The notes under the pieces: generated by a model | Database searches by the model: none | What the model was told of the DNA's origin: nothing | Seen by the model: only the letters and a program-made list of their open reading frames with translations | Assembly: GCA_030295235.1 (NCBI GenBank) | Contig: AP026123.1 | Location: 2,542,001 to 2,606,000 of the forward strand | Length of the DNA: 64,000 nucleotides | Reading direction: 5' to 3' | Source of the DNA: Fistulifera solaris | Lineage: Eukaryota | Translations under genes and position numbers: made by a program | Shown: one piece after another, positions 11,816 through 21,945 of the stretch | Layout of the letters: each line of letters opens with the position of its first letter | How positions within the stretch are numbered: position 1 is the first letter of the stretch

Positions 11816-13616
11816 CATGACTACTGTACAATCCAGTCTTGGATCGAGTAAACCCACACTCTGTTTCATAGTAAAAAATTCATTGTGTCGTTCCTCAGAT
11901 TTCGACGTGAAAATAGAAGAAATTCTTGACAAGTAGTTTAAAATTATCATTGTTGAGACTTAATATACTCATAATGATAAATATATTCGCAGTTGAATGA
12001 AAATGGACAAAAGCGAGAGACACCAAACGGACTCTTTTGTTGTTCGGTTCATGACTCATTACTACTGTACAAACCAGTCTTGGCTGGCGTAAACCAACAC
12101 TACGTTGCATAGTAAAAAATACAAGGTGTCGTTCCTCAGATTTTCGACGTGGAAATAAAAGAAATTCTTGACAAGTAGTTTAGAATCATCATTGTTGCCA
12201 CTTTTTTACCCATAATAGAATTAAATTCGCAGTTAAATGACAATGGACGGATTCGAAAGACACCAAACGGAATCTTTTGTTGTTCGGTTCATGACTCATG
12301 ACTCATGACTACTGTACAATCCAGTCTTGGCTGGCGTACACCAACACTACGTTGGACAGTAAAAAATACAAGGTGTCGATCCATGGATTTTCGACGTGGA
12401 AATAAAAGAAATTCTTGACTCTTGACAAGTGGTTTATAATTATCATTGTTGAGACTTAATATAGATACTCATAATGATAAATATATTCGCAGTTGAATGA
12501 AAATGGACAAAAGCGAGAGACACCAAACGGACTCTTTTCATCACTCATGACAACTGTACAATCCAGTCTTGGCTGGCGTAAACCAACACTACGTCGCATA
12601 GTAAAAAATACAAGGTGTCGATCCATGGATTTTCGACGTGGAAATAAAAGAAATTCTTGACAAGTAGTTTAGAATCATCATTGTTGCCACTTTGTTTACC
12701 CATAATTATATTTAAATTCGCAATTGAATGACAATGGACGGATTCGAAAGACACCAAACGGAATCTTTTGTCGTTCGGTTCATGACTCATGACTCATGAC
12801 TAATGTACAATCCAGTCTTGGATCGAGTAAACCCACACTCTGTTTCATAGTAAAAAATTCATTGTGTCGTTCCTCAGATTTCGACGTGAAAATAGAAGAA
12901 ATTCTTGACAAGTAGTTTAAAATTATCATTGTTGAGACTTAATATACTCATAATGATAAATATATTCGCAGTTGAATGAAAATGGACAAAAGCGAGAGAC
13001 ACCAAACGGACTCTTTTGTTGTTCGGTTCATGACTCATTACTACTGTACAAACCAGTCTTGGCTGGCGTAAACCAACACTACGTTGCATAGTAAAAAATA
13101 CAAGGTGTCGTTCCTCAGATTTTCGACGTGGAAATAAAAGAAATTCTTGACAAGTAGTTTAGAATCATCATTGTTGCCACTTTTTTACCCATAATAGAAT
13201 TAAATTCGCAGTTAAATGACAATGGACGGATTCGAAAGACACCAAACGGAATCTTTTGTCGTTCGGTTCATGACTCATGACTCATGACTACTGTACAATC
13301 CAGTCTTGGCTGGCGTACACCAACACTACGTTGGACAGTAAAAAATTCATTGTGTCGTTCCTCAGATTTCGACGTGAAAATAGAAGAAATTCTTGACAAG
13401 TAGTTTAAAATTATCATTGTTGAGACTTAATATACTCATAATGATAAATATATTCGCAGTTGAATGAAAATGGACAAAAGCGAGAGACACCAAACGGACT
13501 CTTTTGTTGTTCGGTTCATGACTCATTACTACTGTACAAACCAGTCTTGGCTGGCGTAAACCAACACTCCGTTGCATAGTAAAAAATACAAGGTGTCGTT
13601 CCTCAGATTTTCGACC
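11816..13616. repeat. satellite array, ~7.4 monomers of 241-249 bp alternating A/B (dimeric ~488-bp higher-order repeat)
   Basis: An actactgtaca-type marker recurs at 11820, 12061, 12308, 12550, 12799, 13040, 13287 and 13528. A units carry tgttgagacttaatat and B units carry tgttgccacttt. Confidence 0.97.
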
Positions 13617-13646
13617 TCCAGGAAGAGCCGAGGCATGCAGAACTTT

Positions 13647-13668
13647 GGGGGGGGGGGGGGGGGGGGGG
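13647..13668 (+). repeat. G22 homopolymer
   Basis: Direct count, located 30 bp after the array end. Confidence 0.9.
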
Positions 13669-14281
13669 TTTACCGAAGTCGAGAACCCCGGCAGAGGCCA
13701 CTCTGCCCTTCCCGCTTGCTCATTGCTATAGTACTTAATCTAGACTACTGTTATCGTCTTCCTCAGGTTGCGGGTCTCTATCCCACCACTTCCGATAGTG
13801 ACTGCTTCCTGGCAACCGGGTGGCTGCTTTACATAGCTCCATGATGGGTCTAGTGGGGTATATTTTGCACAGTGAAAACAGGATTCTCTACAATCTCGTA
13901 TCACAGAAGTCTGCTGTTTTTTGGGGTTTGATTACAAAGGCATAATAAATTTCGTCTTTGTACGTTGAAATCCATTTGATAGTAAAACTTTTCCGCCATA
14001 CAGGCGTCAGCCACAATTTTCAAGGATGATACAAGTACAAGTACATTCGCGAATAAATTGCTAGACTAGACAACGTCGTGTACCGGACAGAGGACAGTAG
14101 TCAGTGTCGGCGTGCGTGCATTTGCGAAAGCCTTCCACAGCCCTTCAATCGTAACCGGCTTTTTGCACGTCAAAGAAAGAAAGGAGGTGCCAAGCGACGA
14201 GCGACGAGATCCACACTTCCCGTCGACCTATCCTCTCCGTACTATTGCTCATCTTCTTCTCTTCTTCATTACCCTAACAGT

Positions 14282-15303
14282 ATGACATCCAAAGACGTCG
14301 ATAAATGCCACTGTTCTTGGTCCGACTGTAGTTGGTTCAGTGAACAGATGGAGAAGCACGCCCCAAAAGGACACGTTTGGTTGGGAAATCGTCACCGCTG
14401 GAAGCAAGTGCGCTTATCCAAGAGGACCATGTTTGAACGGATGCTCTTTTTGGCGGCCATGTGTCAACATGTTCCCGGCATTGAAGAAGCCTTTCAAGAT
14501 GGCGGTCGAGGATCGAATCGCAAAGAAATTGTCCTCGCGCGACATCATTTTCCCATCGTCGTGTACGACTTTCTCGGTGCCCGGCGAATTACCACCTTGG
14601 TGAAAGAAGGACAAATGGATTTTTTGGTCGAACGCGACGGCAGTACTCGTTTGGCGGCCGAAGACAATCGCGTGCGGAGTTTGGCAGACTTGTTGACCAC
14701 GAAATTATTGCCGGACGGTGCACTGCGGAACGAATTTCTCGCGCGCGAACAGGAATTGGTCGGTAGTAAGGGGAAACTCTTTCTATGTGCACCCGTCGCG
14801 TCACGAGAAGAAATTTTGGCAGTCCTCCAAGAAATGAAGCGCCACCAGAACGATCCTGCGGACGAGACGCCACTTGAGCCCACACCATTGGTGTCACCCG
14901 ATGAATCCTCGTTACTGCTGTTGGGCCTGGCCGCGGAATTGCCCGACGCGACCATCGAACAATCGCCCGTCATGGTTCCGTCTCTAGAAGAATGTGTGCA
15001 GAAAATTCAATCCAAAGTCCGGACGTTGGGACTGGAACAGGCGTGTCGCTCTCCGAATTTTCGTGTGGCGATTCGATTGTTGCGATTCTTTACACCTATC
15101 ACAACGCCATTCCACTGGAAGATGACAATCATGTCAGTGCAGGATATTTACATCCTTGTCGAAACGAGGATGCGAACGACAAGTCTTGTGCTACCTACGA
15201 GATTGCGAGTACAATAGCGAGCGAAGGAATGTACTGCTCGCCGTGTCAAATGTCGATATCGATCAAGAAGGAAGAAACCCACCTTGAGAATATATATGAA
15301 TAA
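14282..15303 (+). CDS. hypothetical protein with a THAP-like N-terminal motif and a C-terminal Cys cluster; possible transposase remnant
   Basis: CHCSWSDC...W...LARHHFP, then after an apparent frameshift near 15050-15100 HPCR..KSC..MYCSPCQ. No DDE domain is seen. Confidence 0.45.
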
Positions 15304-15375
15304 TGGCTATCAACTATAGCATCGAATATAATATACTCAAAAAAGATTAAAAGGTGTATTTACATGATACAACGA

Positions 15376-16732
15376 TTACTCTTGAAGCTTTCGCTTCTTG
15401 GAAATCAGATCGCGATCGTGCGGTAGTTCCAACAACTTTGTAAAGTCATTCCCCCGTGGTACCACCGAATAAATATTCAACTGAGGATGCGATGTGTAGT
15501 AATGCGCTTTGATCTGTTCCATATTGATCGTTGCCTTGACTCCCGGCATTTGATAAATTTCTCGCAAGTAATTCAAAATGGACGGGGTATAGGTCACCAT
15601 GCGTGTATTCGTCTTGAAATAAACAACATATACTTCGTCGAATCGCAACAGCGTCACAAACAATCGAACATCGGCCTCGGTGAACTCATCTCCGGCAATA
15701 TACCGTTGATTCTGCAGAATCTGGTCAATGCGATCAAAGGATTCGGTCAATTCGGTAATCGCTGCATCGTAAGCACTCTGTGTTTTGGCAAACCCACATC
15801 GGTACACGCCATTGTTGATCGTCGGATACACCCAATCATTGACTGCATCAATGGCGTCTCTCAAATGTTCCGGATACAGATCCAAGTCTTTGTATTTGGC
15901 GAATTCATTGAACTCGGAGTTCAGCATACGAATGATTTCTGACGATTCGTTGCTCACAATCGTATGGAGTTTCTTGTCCCATAGAATAGGAACACTGTAC
16001 TTTCCGTCGGTATCACCGGCCTTTTCGTAGATGCCTCGGATGTTCTTGGCCCCACAGAATGGATCGGGCTCATTGTCGGGGTACGCCGGTGGAAACGGCC
16101 CGCCGTTGCCGTCTTTGTTGCGCAACGGTTTGCCATTGGGATCACCAAAGACCCATCCGGCATGCTCATCTTCTTCCGGACGGGTTCTTTGCCAAGTGGG
16201 ATGGACGATGGTAATACTAATCACATCTTCCAGTCCTTTCAATGCCCGTACCAAGACCGTACGATGGGCCCATGGACAAGCGTGTGCGACGTAGCTGTAA
16301 TTTATTAAAAGAATTATCAAAAAGGAAGTGTCAGATTTGTGATTGCACAGGGTTTCACGTTTTGAAAAAAAACTAAACAACAACTTACAGGTGATATCTT
16401 CCTTTCTCTGGAGCAAACTTGGCACCCGGCGCTGTAAAAAACAAAAGGGTGAATGAGAATCAATCAACATAAATTGCCACATAGTCAAAAATGAGAGGAA
16501 ACGTACCTCGACTAACCCAATTGCGCCAGGAGGCGTCTTTCCTTACAAACTCGCCCTTCAAACCGTGCTCGTCCAGAGCTGTTCGAACCGTAAATGGTTT
16601 GGATGCCGTGATAGCTGTTTTGCGTTTGACCGACGGGGAGCGCAAAAACGCGGAAGATGAAGCGGCGAGGAACATTGTGAGTACGTTCAGTAAATAAATG
16701 AGCTTGACGAGCAGATTGCTGCACTCACTCAT
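15376..16732 (-). CDS. ECM4: glutathionyl-hydroquinone reductase (GST Xi class, ECM4/YqjG-like), probably plastid-targeted
   Basis: Motifs RYHLYVAHACPWAHR, SVPILWDKK, NESSEI, NNGVYRCGFA. Introns ~16432-16506 and 16295-16388 (GT-AG). N-terminal hydrophobic signal followed by SSAF. Confidence 0.92.
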
Positions 16733-17802
16733 TTCAAAAAAATCAAGTGAATCGGATCGCTGTTTGTATAACGATCGTTTCGAATCGAACTTATAATTGT
16801 GAGGAAAGAACGGATGGTGGATGGTTTGATGAAGCTTCCCAGTTTTTTCGGTTCGCTTTCGATGTGCTTCCTTTTCTTCGACAAGACACACCAAGAACAC
16901 AGGTGAGCTGCAAACACCAAACACATAAATAAATAAGAAATCACAGCTTCAAAATAACTTGCTTCACGCTTCACCGCAGTTATCCATTCGGTGTGAGCTG
17001 GTTTATGTAGGTTGGACGTTCGTGTTCGTGGTGTCGACTAAAGCCCCACACAGCAAAAAGTGGCGCCGGCGGCGACATGGCGGCGTTCTATGTTCCATGA
17101 GACGAGCGGATTGCTTCTCATTATGACCCCGCAATGTACTTCTGGAACCATAGCGGAGAAGGTCGGCGAAGCGGAAACCTCCGCACTTCAAAGTGAAATA
17201 TCATCATGGAACAAAAAAAATGCTCGAGCTCGCGGCGGAAATCGTCGTACACAAATGTATCATCACATCGCCGCCGAATTTACATTCTTCCGTCGAGCTC
17301 TTCAACATTGTCTGCAATATATCAACGATGACAGAAATGAGTATGGGATTGTATGTCATTAGTTTCTGACAGCTTGTTTTGCTGTCGGAAACCGACTCAA
17401 AAATCGTTCTTTGATTACACTCTACTTCACACTACTTGGAAAAATTGTCGTGTCCCATGTCCCATGTCCCACGTCCCACAGATCGTGGTTTGTGAATCGT
17501 GCATATCAGAATTATGCCTTCTTTCTTTGGCTTACGTCATAGAACACGTCATTTTTATTCCATGGAACGTGGAACACGTTGAATGCTAAAGCAACTGCTG
17601 GAGTCCCGTTAGCGAATGAGGTCGACCGGACGGCGTACAGAGCGTCTGCCTGTGTCCTGTGTTGCGTCGGTGATGAGTGATGAGTGATGATGGCGCACCT
17701 CTTGTATTGATGGGCAACTGGGCAACTTACTTGTCAATCAAAGTCATCCGCTTTATAGAATACATCCATTGTACAAGTACGCAAACTGTATTAAACAAGC
17801 CC

Positions 17803-18114
17803 ATGACACGAGCCGTAGGGATGCAGCAAATACACAGAGCGACCACAGCCATCGCTCGAGGGAACCAGCGGCTCGCCCATCGGAATATTCAACACCATTT
17901 GCCAGGGATGCAATGCCTTCAATGGAGTAGTAGCAACACTCGAATTATGTTCTCTACCAATGTTTCCTGTGGAGGATTTTCTCCGTCACTCTTTCAGACC
18001 CTGCCCAACTTCCGCACTTCTTCAACCACGACGGCTTGCCCCACTGCTCCAGTATCTCTGCGGTTATCTCTCAATGTTCTTTGCCATTTGAATGAAGAGG
18101 ATGACGGCGGGTAA
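17803..18114 (+). CDS. small putative mitochondrial protein ending LNEEDDGG
   Basis: 103-aa ORF, basic/hydroxylated N-terminus, acidic C-terminal motif shared with 18765-18992. Confidence 0.5.
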   Translation: MTRAVGMQQIHRATTAIARGNQRLAHRNIQHHLPGMQCLQWSSSNTRIMFSTNVSCGGFSPSLFQTLPNFRTSSTTTACPTAPVSLRLSLNVLCHLNEEDDGG

Positions 18115-18764
18115 CATCTGCTAGAAACAAAGATATCGGAACGAGTGTCGTTTGTACAGCGTTATGGAATAACATAAGATCCGAGATTACCAGGTACACT
18201 TCTAGAAAAATAGAAATACAATTTTCTCTGAAATATGCTTAAATCGTTATTGAGAGAGTGCGTCATGTTTGCGAAGATTACTTTGCCATGAAACCCTACA
18301 TATAAGAGAAGCATTTAAAAATGAGTCACATTGTCATTTTGTAAATGCACTGGAAGATACTTGGCGCCAGTCACCCCTGTGTCCCTCAGAAGGAAGTCAG
18401 CAGATACGAGAATGTATCGACATGTATTCGTTCCGCAAACAAATGTAGTTATGATCGCGATATCCTCATAGGAATCAGGGGTGCTGAACTTGTTTTAAAA
18501 CAGGTTGCGGCTGGCTTACCTTTTTTTAAACAGGGGAGGTTTCGAGACAAAATAATGACTGATTGGTTTGACATGATTGGATTTGAATTTTCATTATCTG
18601 CAGAAGGATGAAGAAAAAGTCGATCGGATCGAATTCGTCAACTTTTAGTAATGAAAAGAAGTGCAAATGTGAATCACAGCAAAAAAGAAACAAATTGAAT
18701 CCAAACAAGAATCCGACGGCTCTACGCAGAAAACAACAACCACAACACACGATAAATAAAGTCC

Positions 18765-18992
18765 TTACGTTCCGTCATCCTCTTCTGCCAAATCAAACAA
18801 TTCCAAAGCAATTGATGGTGCCGATGAAACACTCCATTGTTGCTGAATGGTATCTACGGATTGAATGGCCAGGGTTCGCACGGCGAGCGAACGATGCCGT
18901 CGTTCGAGTCCGACCATACGCTGTTCGAGGCGTCGCGATAGTCCTTGACTTCGCCAGGATGCAAATGCTCTTCGCATGGTTTGTGTCCGCAT
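18765..18992 (-). CDS. small putative mitochondrial protein ending LAEEDDGT
   Basis: 75-aa ORF, Arg-rich amphipathic N-terminus (MRRAFASWRSQGLSRR), same C-terminal motif as 17803-18114. Confidence 0.5.
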   Translation of the reverse strand: MRTQTMRRAFASWRSQGLSRRLEQRMVGLERRHRSLAVRTLAIQSVDTIQQQWSVSSAPSIALELFDLAEEDDGT

Positions 18993-19442
18993 ATTGTTTT
19001 ATATTTTGTAATGATGACAAGAAGAGCAGAATGGCCAGATTAGTATTGGTCGCAATGATGCTCTGTTGCGAGGGTTGCGAGTGAGTTGACGATGTGAGTT
19101 TTGCGAGAGATGACGATGATGCGCGGACGAGAATAAATCCGCAAGAACGTGCGAAAGTCAGACCGCGTGACTGCGTCCAGAGTTTCTGTATGATTGAAAT
19201 AAAACTGGTCCTGAATTCTGACCCTGCCCCAGATTTTCTGTAGGAGGCGCGTGACTGAAAGATCTTCTCAAAAATAGTCTACGTCGTCCATAAACTCCAT
19301 ACGTTGCTGAAAATCCATGTGAATTGCTGAGCCTCCATTTTATATATTTACGTTGAACAGTGTCGAAGTTATTTTTCCGCAGCATATGAATGGCACGCAT
19401 TGATTTGATACCGAAAAGCTTGGAAGGCTATATCCGTCGCAT

Positions 19443-19715
19443 TAGTGTATCGGCCAAAGTGTAGGCGACCTTTTCCACGACTGAAGCTCAGTCATGAATA
19501 TAAACTGCTTTGAGTCAGACCAATACCCAACCTTTGTTTTTCTGCAACCATTTTAACCTACATTTACTTTTGATCGAAGCCTACTTACTGCTATCCGTTT
19601 TTTCCGTGCACGCATCGATGGACGATGTCGATAAGCGTGGAGAACGTTGTCATTATTTATTACTATAGATCAAAGTGTTGGTTTACGCCTATCCACGACT
19701 ACTATTCAGTCATGA
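19443..19715 (+). repeat. dispersed repeat family, 2 cores (19443-19497, 19661-19715)
   Basis: ggccaaagtgtagg..ttttccacgactgaagctcagtcatga and tactatagatcaaagtgttggtttacg..cacgact..cagtcatga, ~218 bp apart. Confidence 0.85.
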
Positions 19716-19784
19716 GTCATGAGACAACAAAGATGAAAAAATGACACAAGCTGACAACTAATTTTTTTAAAAAAATGTTCTCGT

Positions 19785-20135
19785 CCCCAGATGATTTGCT
19801 GGGAATGGAAAGACTCCATGTGCGCAGATTTTCTATGTAGGTGACAACACCGCGTGTCAAGATTTACTTGGGACGTGAAAAACCCCTCCCCACATTTTCT
19901 GAATAAATGAAAATACCGCACTCCCAGATTTTCTGGACACGTGAAAATATTACCCGCCCACTTTTTCTGAAGACGATAAAATATCGCACTACCACATTTT
20001 CTGGAGAGGGAAAAAACCACACCCCCACATTTTCTGGAGACGTTAAAAAAAAACCAAGGAAAAACCACACTCCAACATTTTCTGGAGACGTGGATAATCA
20101 CTCTCCCACATTTTCTGGAGATGTGAAGCACCACG
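19785..20135. repeat. ~33-34-bp minisatellite, about 10 degenerate copies
   Basis: Recurrent ccacattttctggagacgtgaaaa. Confidence 0.85.
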
Positions 20136-20312
20136 TCCTTGCAATTTTGCCCGTTATTTTTGTTTACCTGGTCCACCGTCCACCATTGATTGCCTTGTCG
20201 ATCATTTTAAGAACATTACGTAGTATTAATGTAACAAATTCAGCGCTCCACAGCTACGCTGAACGATCGCTTTTCTCCTTGCTGACACGACGAAGAATAT
20301 CGAAGGACAGAA

Positions 20313-21860
20313 ATGATATCACAAGAATACTTTGATGAGATTTATCTCGAAAATGTCGAAGCCTTTGATTTGTCTCCCGAAGAAGCGATAGAAGAGACAA
20401 TACAGCAATTACAGAAACAACAATCTGTCAGCTTGTTACAGCATTTGACATTGACGCCCGTCGATAGTGAAGTTGGCAAGGAAATACGACAAAAGCGCGC
20501 CGCGTTCTTGCAAGCCGTCGAGGAGTCTTCAATGCCGTTTTCGTTTATGCGATCCTGTTTGAATGAGAAGGAAAATCAACCAGAAACAATCGAAATGTTT
20601 CGAAATTTAATGATACGCGTGCAACCCGGACTCGCTACTCTATTACTGCACATCTTCGAGGATCCTGACGCCAAGGCACTCGAGTTCGTTGTGATCGATC
20701 TTTTGCAACTTCCATCGTTGTATCCGGGTGTTTTACCGTCCTCTGCGAACGGCTTTTTGTCGGAATTGCGAAACGCGATTTCACCTCTATTTGTGTCGTC
20801 CTATTTGAATGAAGTGAATCGAATCCAAGAGAATGGTGACGACCATTGTTTGGAGCACTTGGTGACGCTGGGTTATTGGTCATGTCGGCATTGTGAAAGC
20901 AACAAACAAACGTGGATAAATACTTCCATTGCGGACGGAGAAGAAACAAGGAAAGCAAGAACTCTAGCGCCATTGTTAGTCGCTATTCTGCAGAAACCCA
21001 ATGTTTCGGAACAACTCATTGCGGCAGTGGGGAATTGGATCATTTTACTCTGTACATTTGATGAATTCCGCTCATCGTCGTCATCCGATGGACCCGCCGT
21101 ACAAGCATCGCATCATAATGTGGGTCGATTGGCGGAAAACGGGGCCATTGTTGCATTGTACCAACACATCTCCTCCGGCAACGCTGCTATTTTGTTCTCG
21201 GCACTCCGGGCCATGGCCATTCAAGATGATACGGTGCAAACCATGGTCGCCATGGGCATTGTGGCATCGGCAGTGGAAGCCTGGAGGCAATGTACCGATC
21301 ATACGACCTTGGCGACTGCATTGATGGGTCTTTTTCGAAATTTATGTGCCAATGATGATTTGAAAACGTCGCTTTGTCGTGGGACCGATTGGGCCATTGT
21401 GAATGGTCCTCTGCCGACTACTCTCTTACGGCAATCGGCACTATTGGCGGAACACTTGTGTGGGACAGTAGCTGCCATGGCTTTGCGGCAACCGGAAAAT
21501 GGACATCATTTAGTCAAAGCCGAATGGCACAAAAGTGTCGTGGAAGCTATGGAACATTACAAAGAACGAGGGTCATTGCAACGTCAGGGAGCGTTGGCGA
21601 TACGAAATCTAGTAAGTCGATCGAAAGAATTGATTGCACCCATTTTACAAGCAGGGGCAGAAGCCGTGCTGTACAAGGCGGCGGCCAATCACGTGAATTG
21701 TCAAGATGAAATCTATGCAGCATTACGGGATTTGGACTTGGTCCAACCGGGCAGCATGCGTAAATACGAAGTAGTGGAAGGAAAGGTAGTGGCACAAGAA
21801 AACAGCCAGTTGGTGTTTGGCGAGCGGAATCCCAATTTTCGGCCGATATTCGATGATTGA
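20313..21860 (+). CDS. ARMC6: armadillo repeat-containing protein 6
   Basis: N-terminus ISQEYFDEIYLENVEAFDLSPEEAIEETIQQL, ARM-like repeats, LAIRNLVSR and C-terminal AALRDL match the ARMC6 pattern. Confidence 0.85.
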   Translation: MISQEYFDEIYLENVEAFDLSPEEAIEETIQQLQKQQSVSLLQHLTLTPVDSEVGKEIRQKRAAFLQAVEESSMPFSFMRSCLNEKENQPETIEMFRNLMIRVQPGLATLLLHIFEDPDAKALEFVVIDLLQLPSLYPGVLPSSANGFLSELRNAISPLFVSSYLNEVNRIQENGDDHCLEHLVTLGYWSCRHCESNKQTWINTSIADGEETRKARTLAPLLVAILQKPNVSEQLIAAVGNWIILLCTFDEFRSSSSSDGPAVQASHHNVGRLAENGAIVALYQHISSGNAAILFSALRAMAIQDDTVQTMVAMGIVASAVEAWRQCTDHTTLATALMGLFRNLCANDDLKTSLCRGTDWAIVNGPLPTTLLRQSALLAEHLCGTVAAMALRQPENGHHLVKAEWHKSVVEAMEHYKERGSLQRQGALAIRNLVSRSKELIAPILQAGAEAVLYKAAANHVNCQDEIYAALRDLDLVQPGSMRKYEVVEGKVVAQENSQLVFGERNPNFRPIFDD

Positions 21861-21945
21861 AAAGTAACCGATTTCTTTATAATCAAGGTAGAAAATATGG
21901 TAAAAGATATGCTTGGATTACAAGACGTGAACTCGTCGCACGTAG

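Noticed and set aside
11895..13577. Repeated 71-aa ORFs MQRSVGLRQP...
   Set aside because: They are translations of satellite monomers, are not frame-conserved in B units, and show no protein-like features.
11816..13616. CRISPR-like array
   Set aside because: Units are homologous along their whole length with no unique spacers, there are no cas-like ORFs, and the context is eukaryotic.
13647..13668. G-run as a telomere or TIR
   Set aside because: No telomeric repeat and no matching C-run terminus were found in the window.
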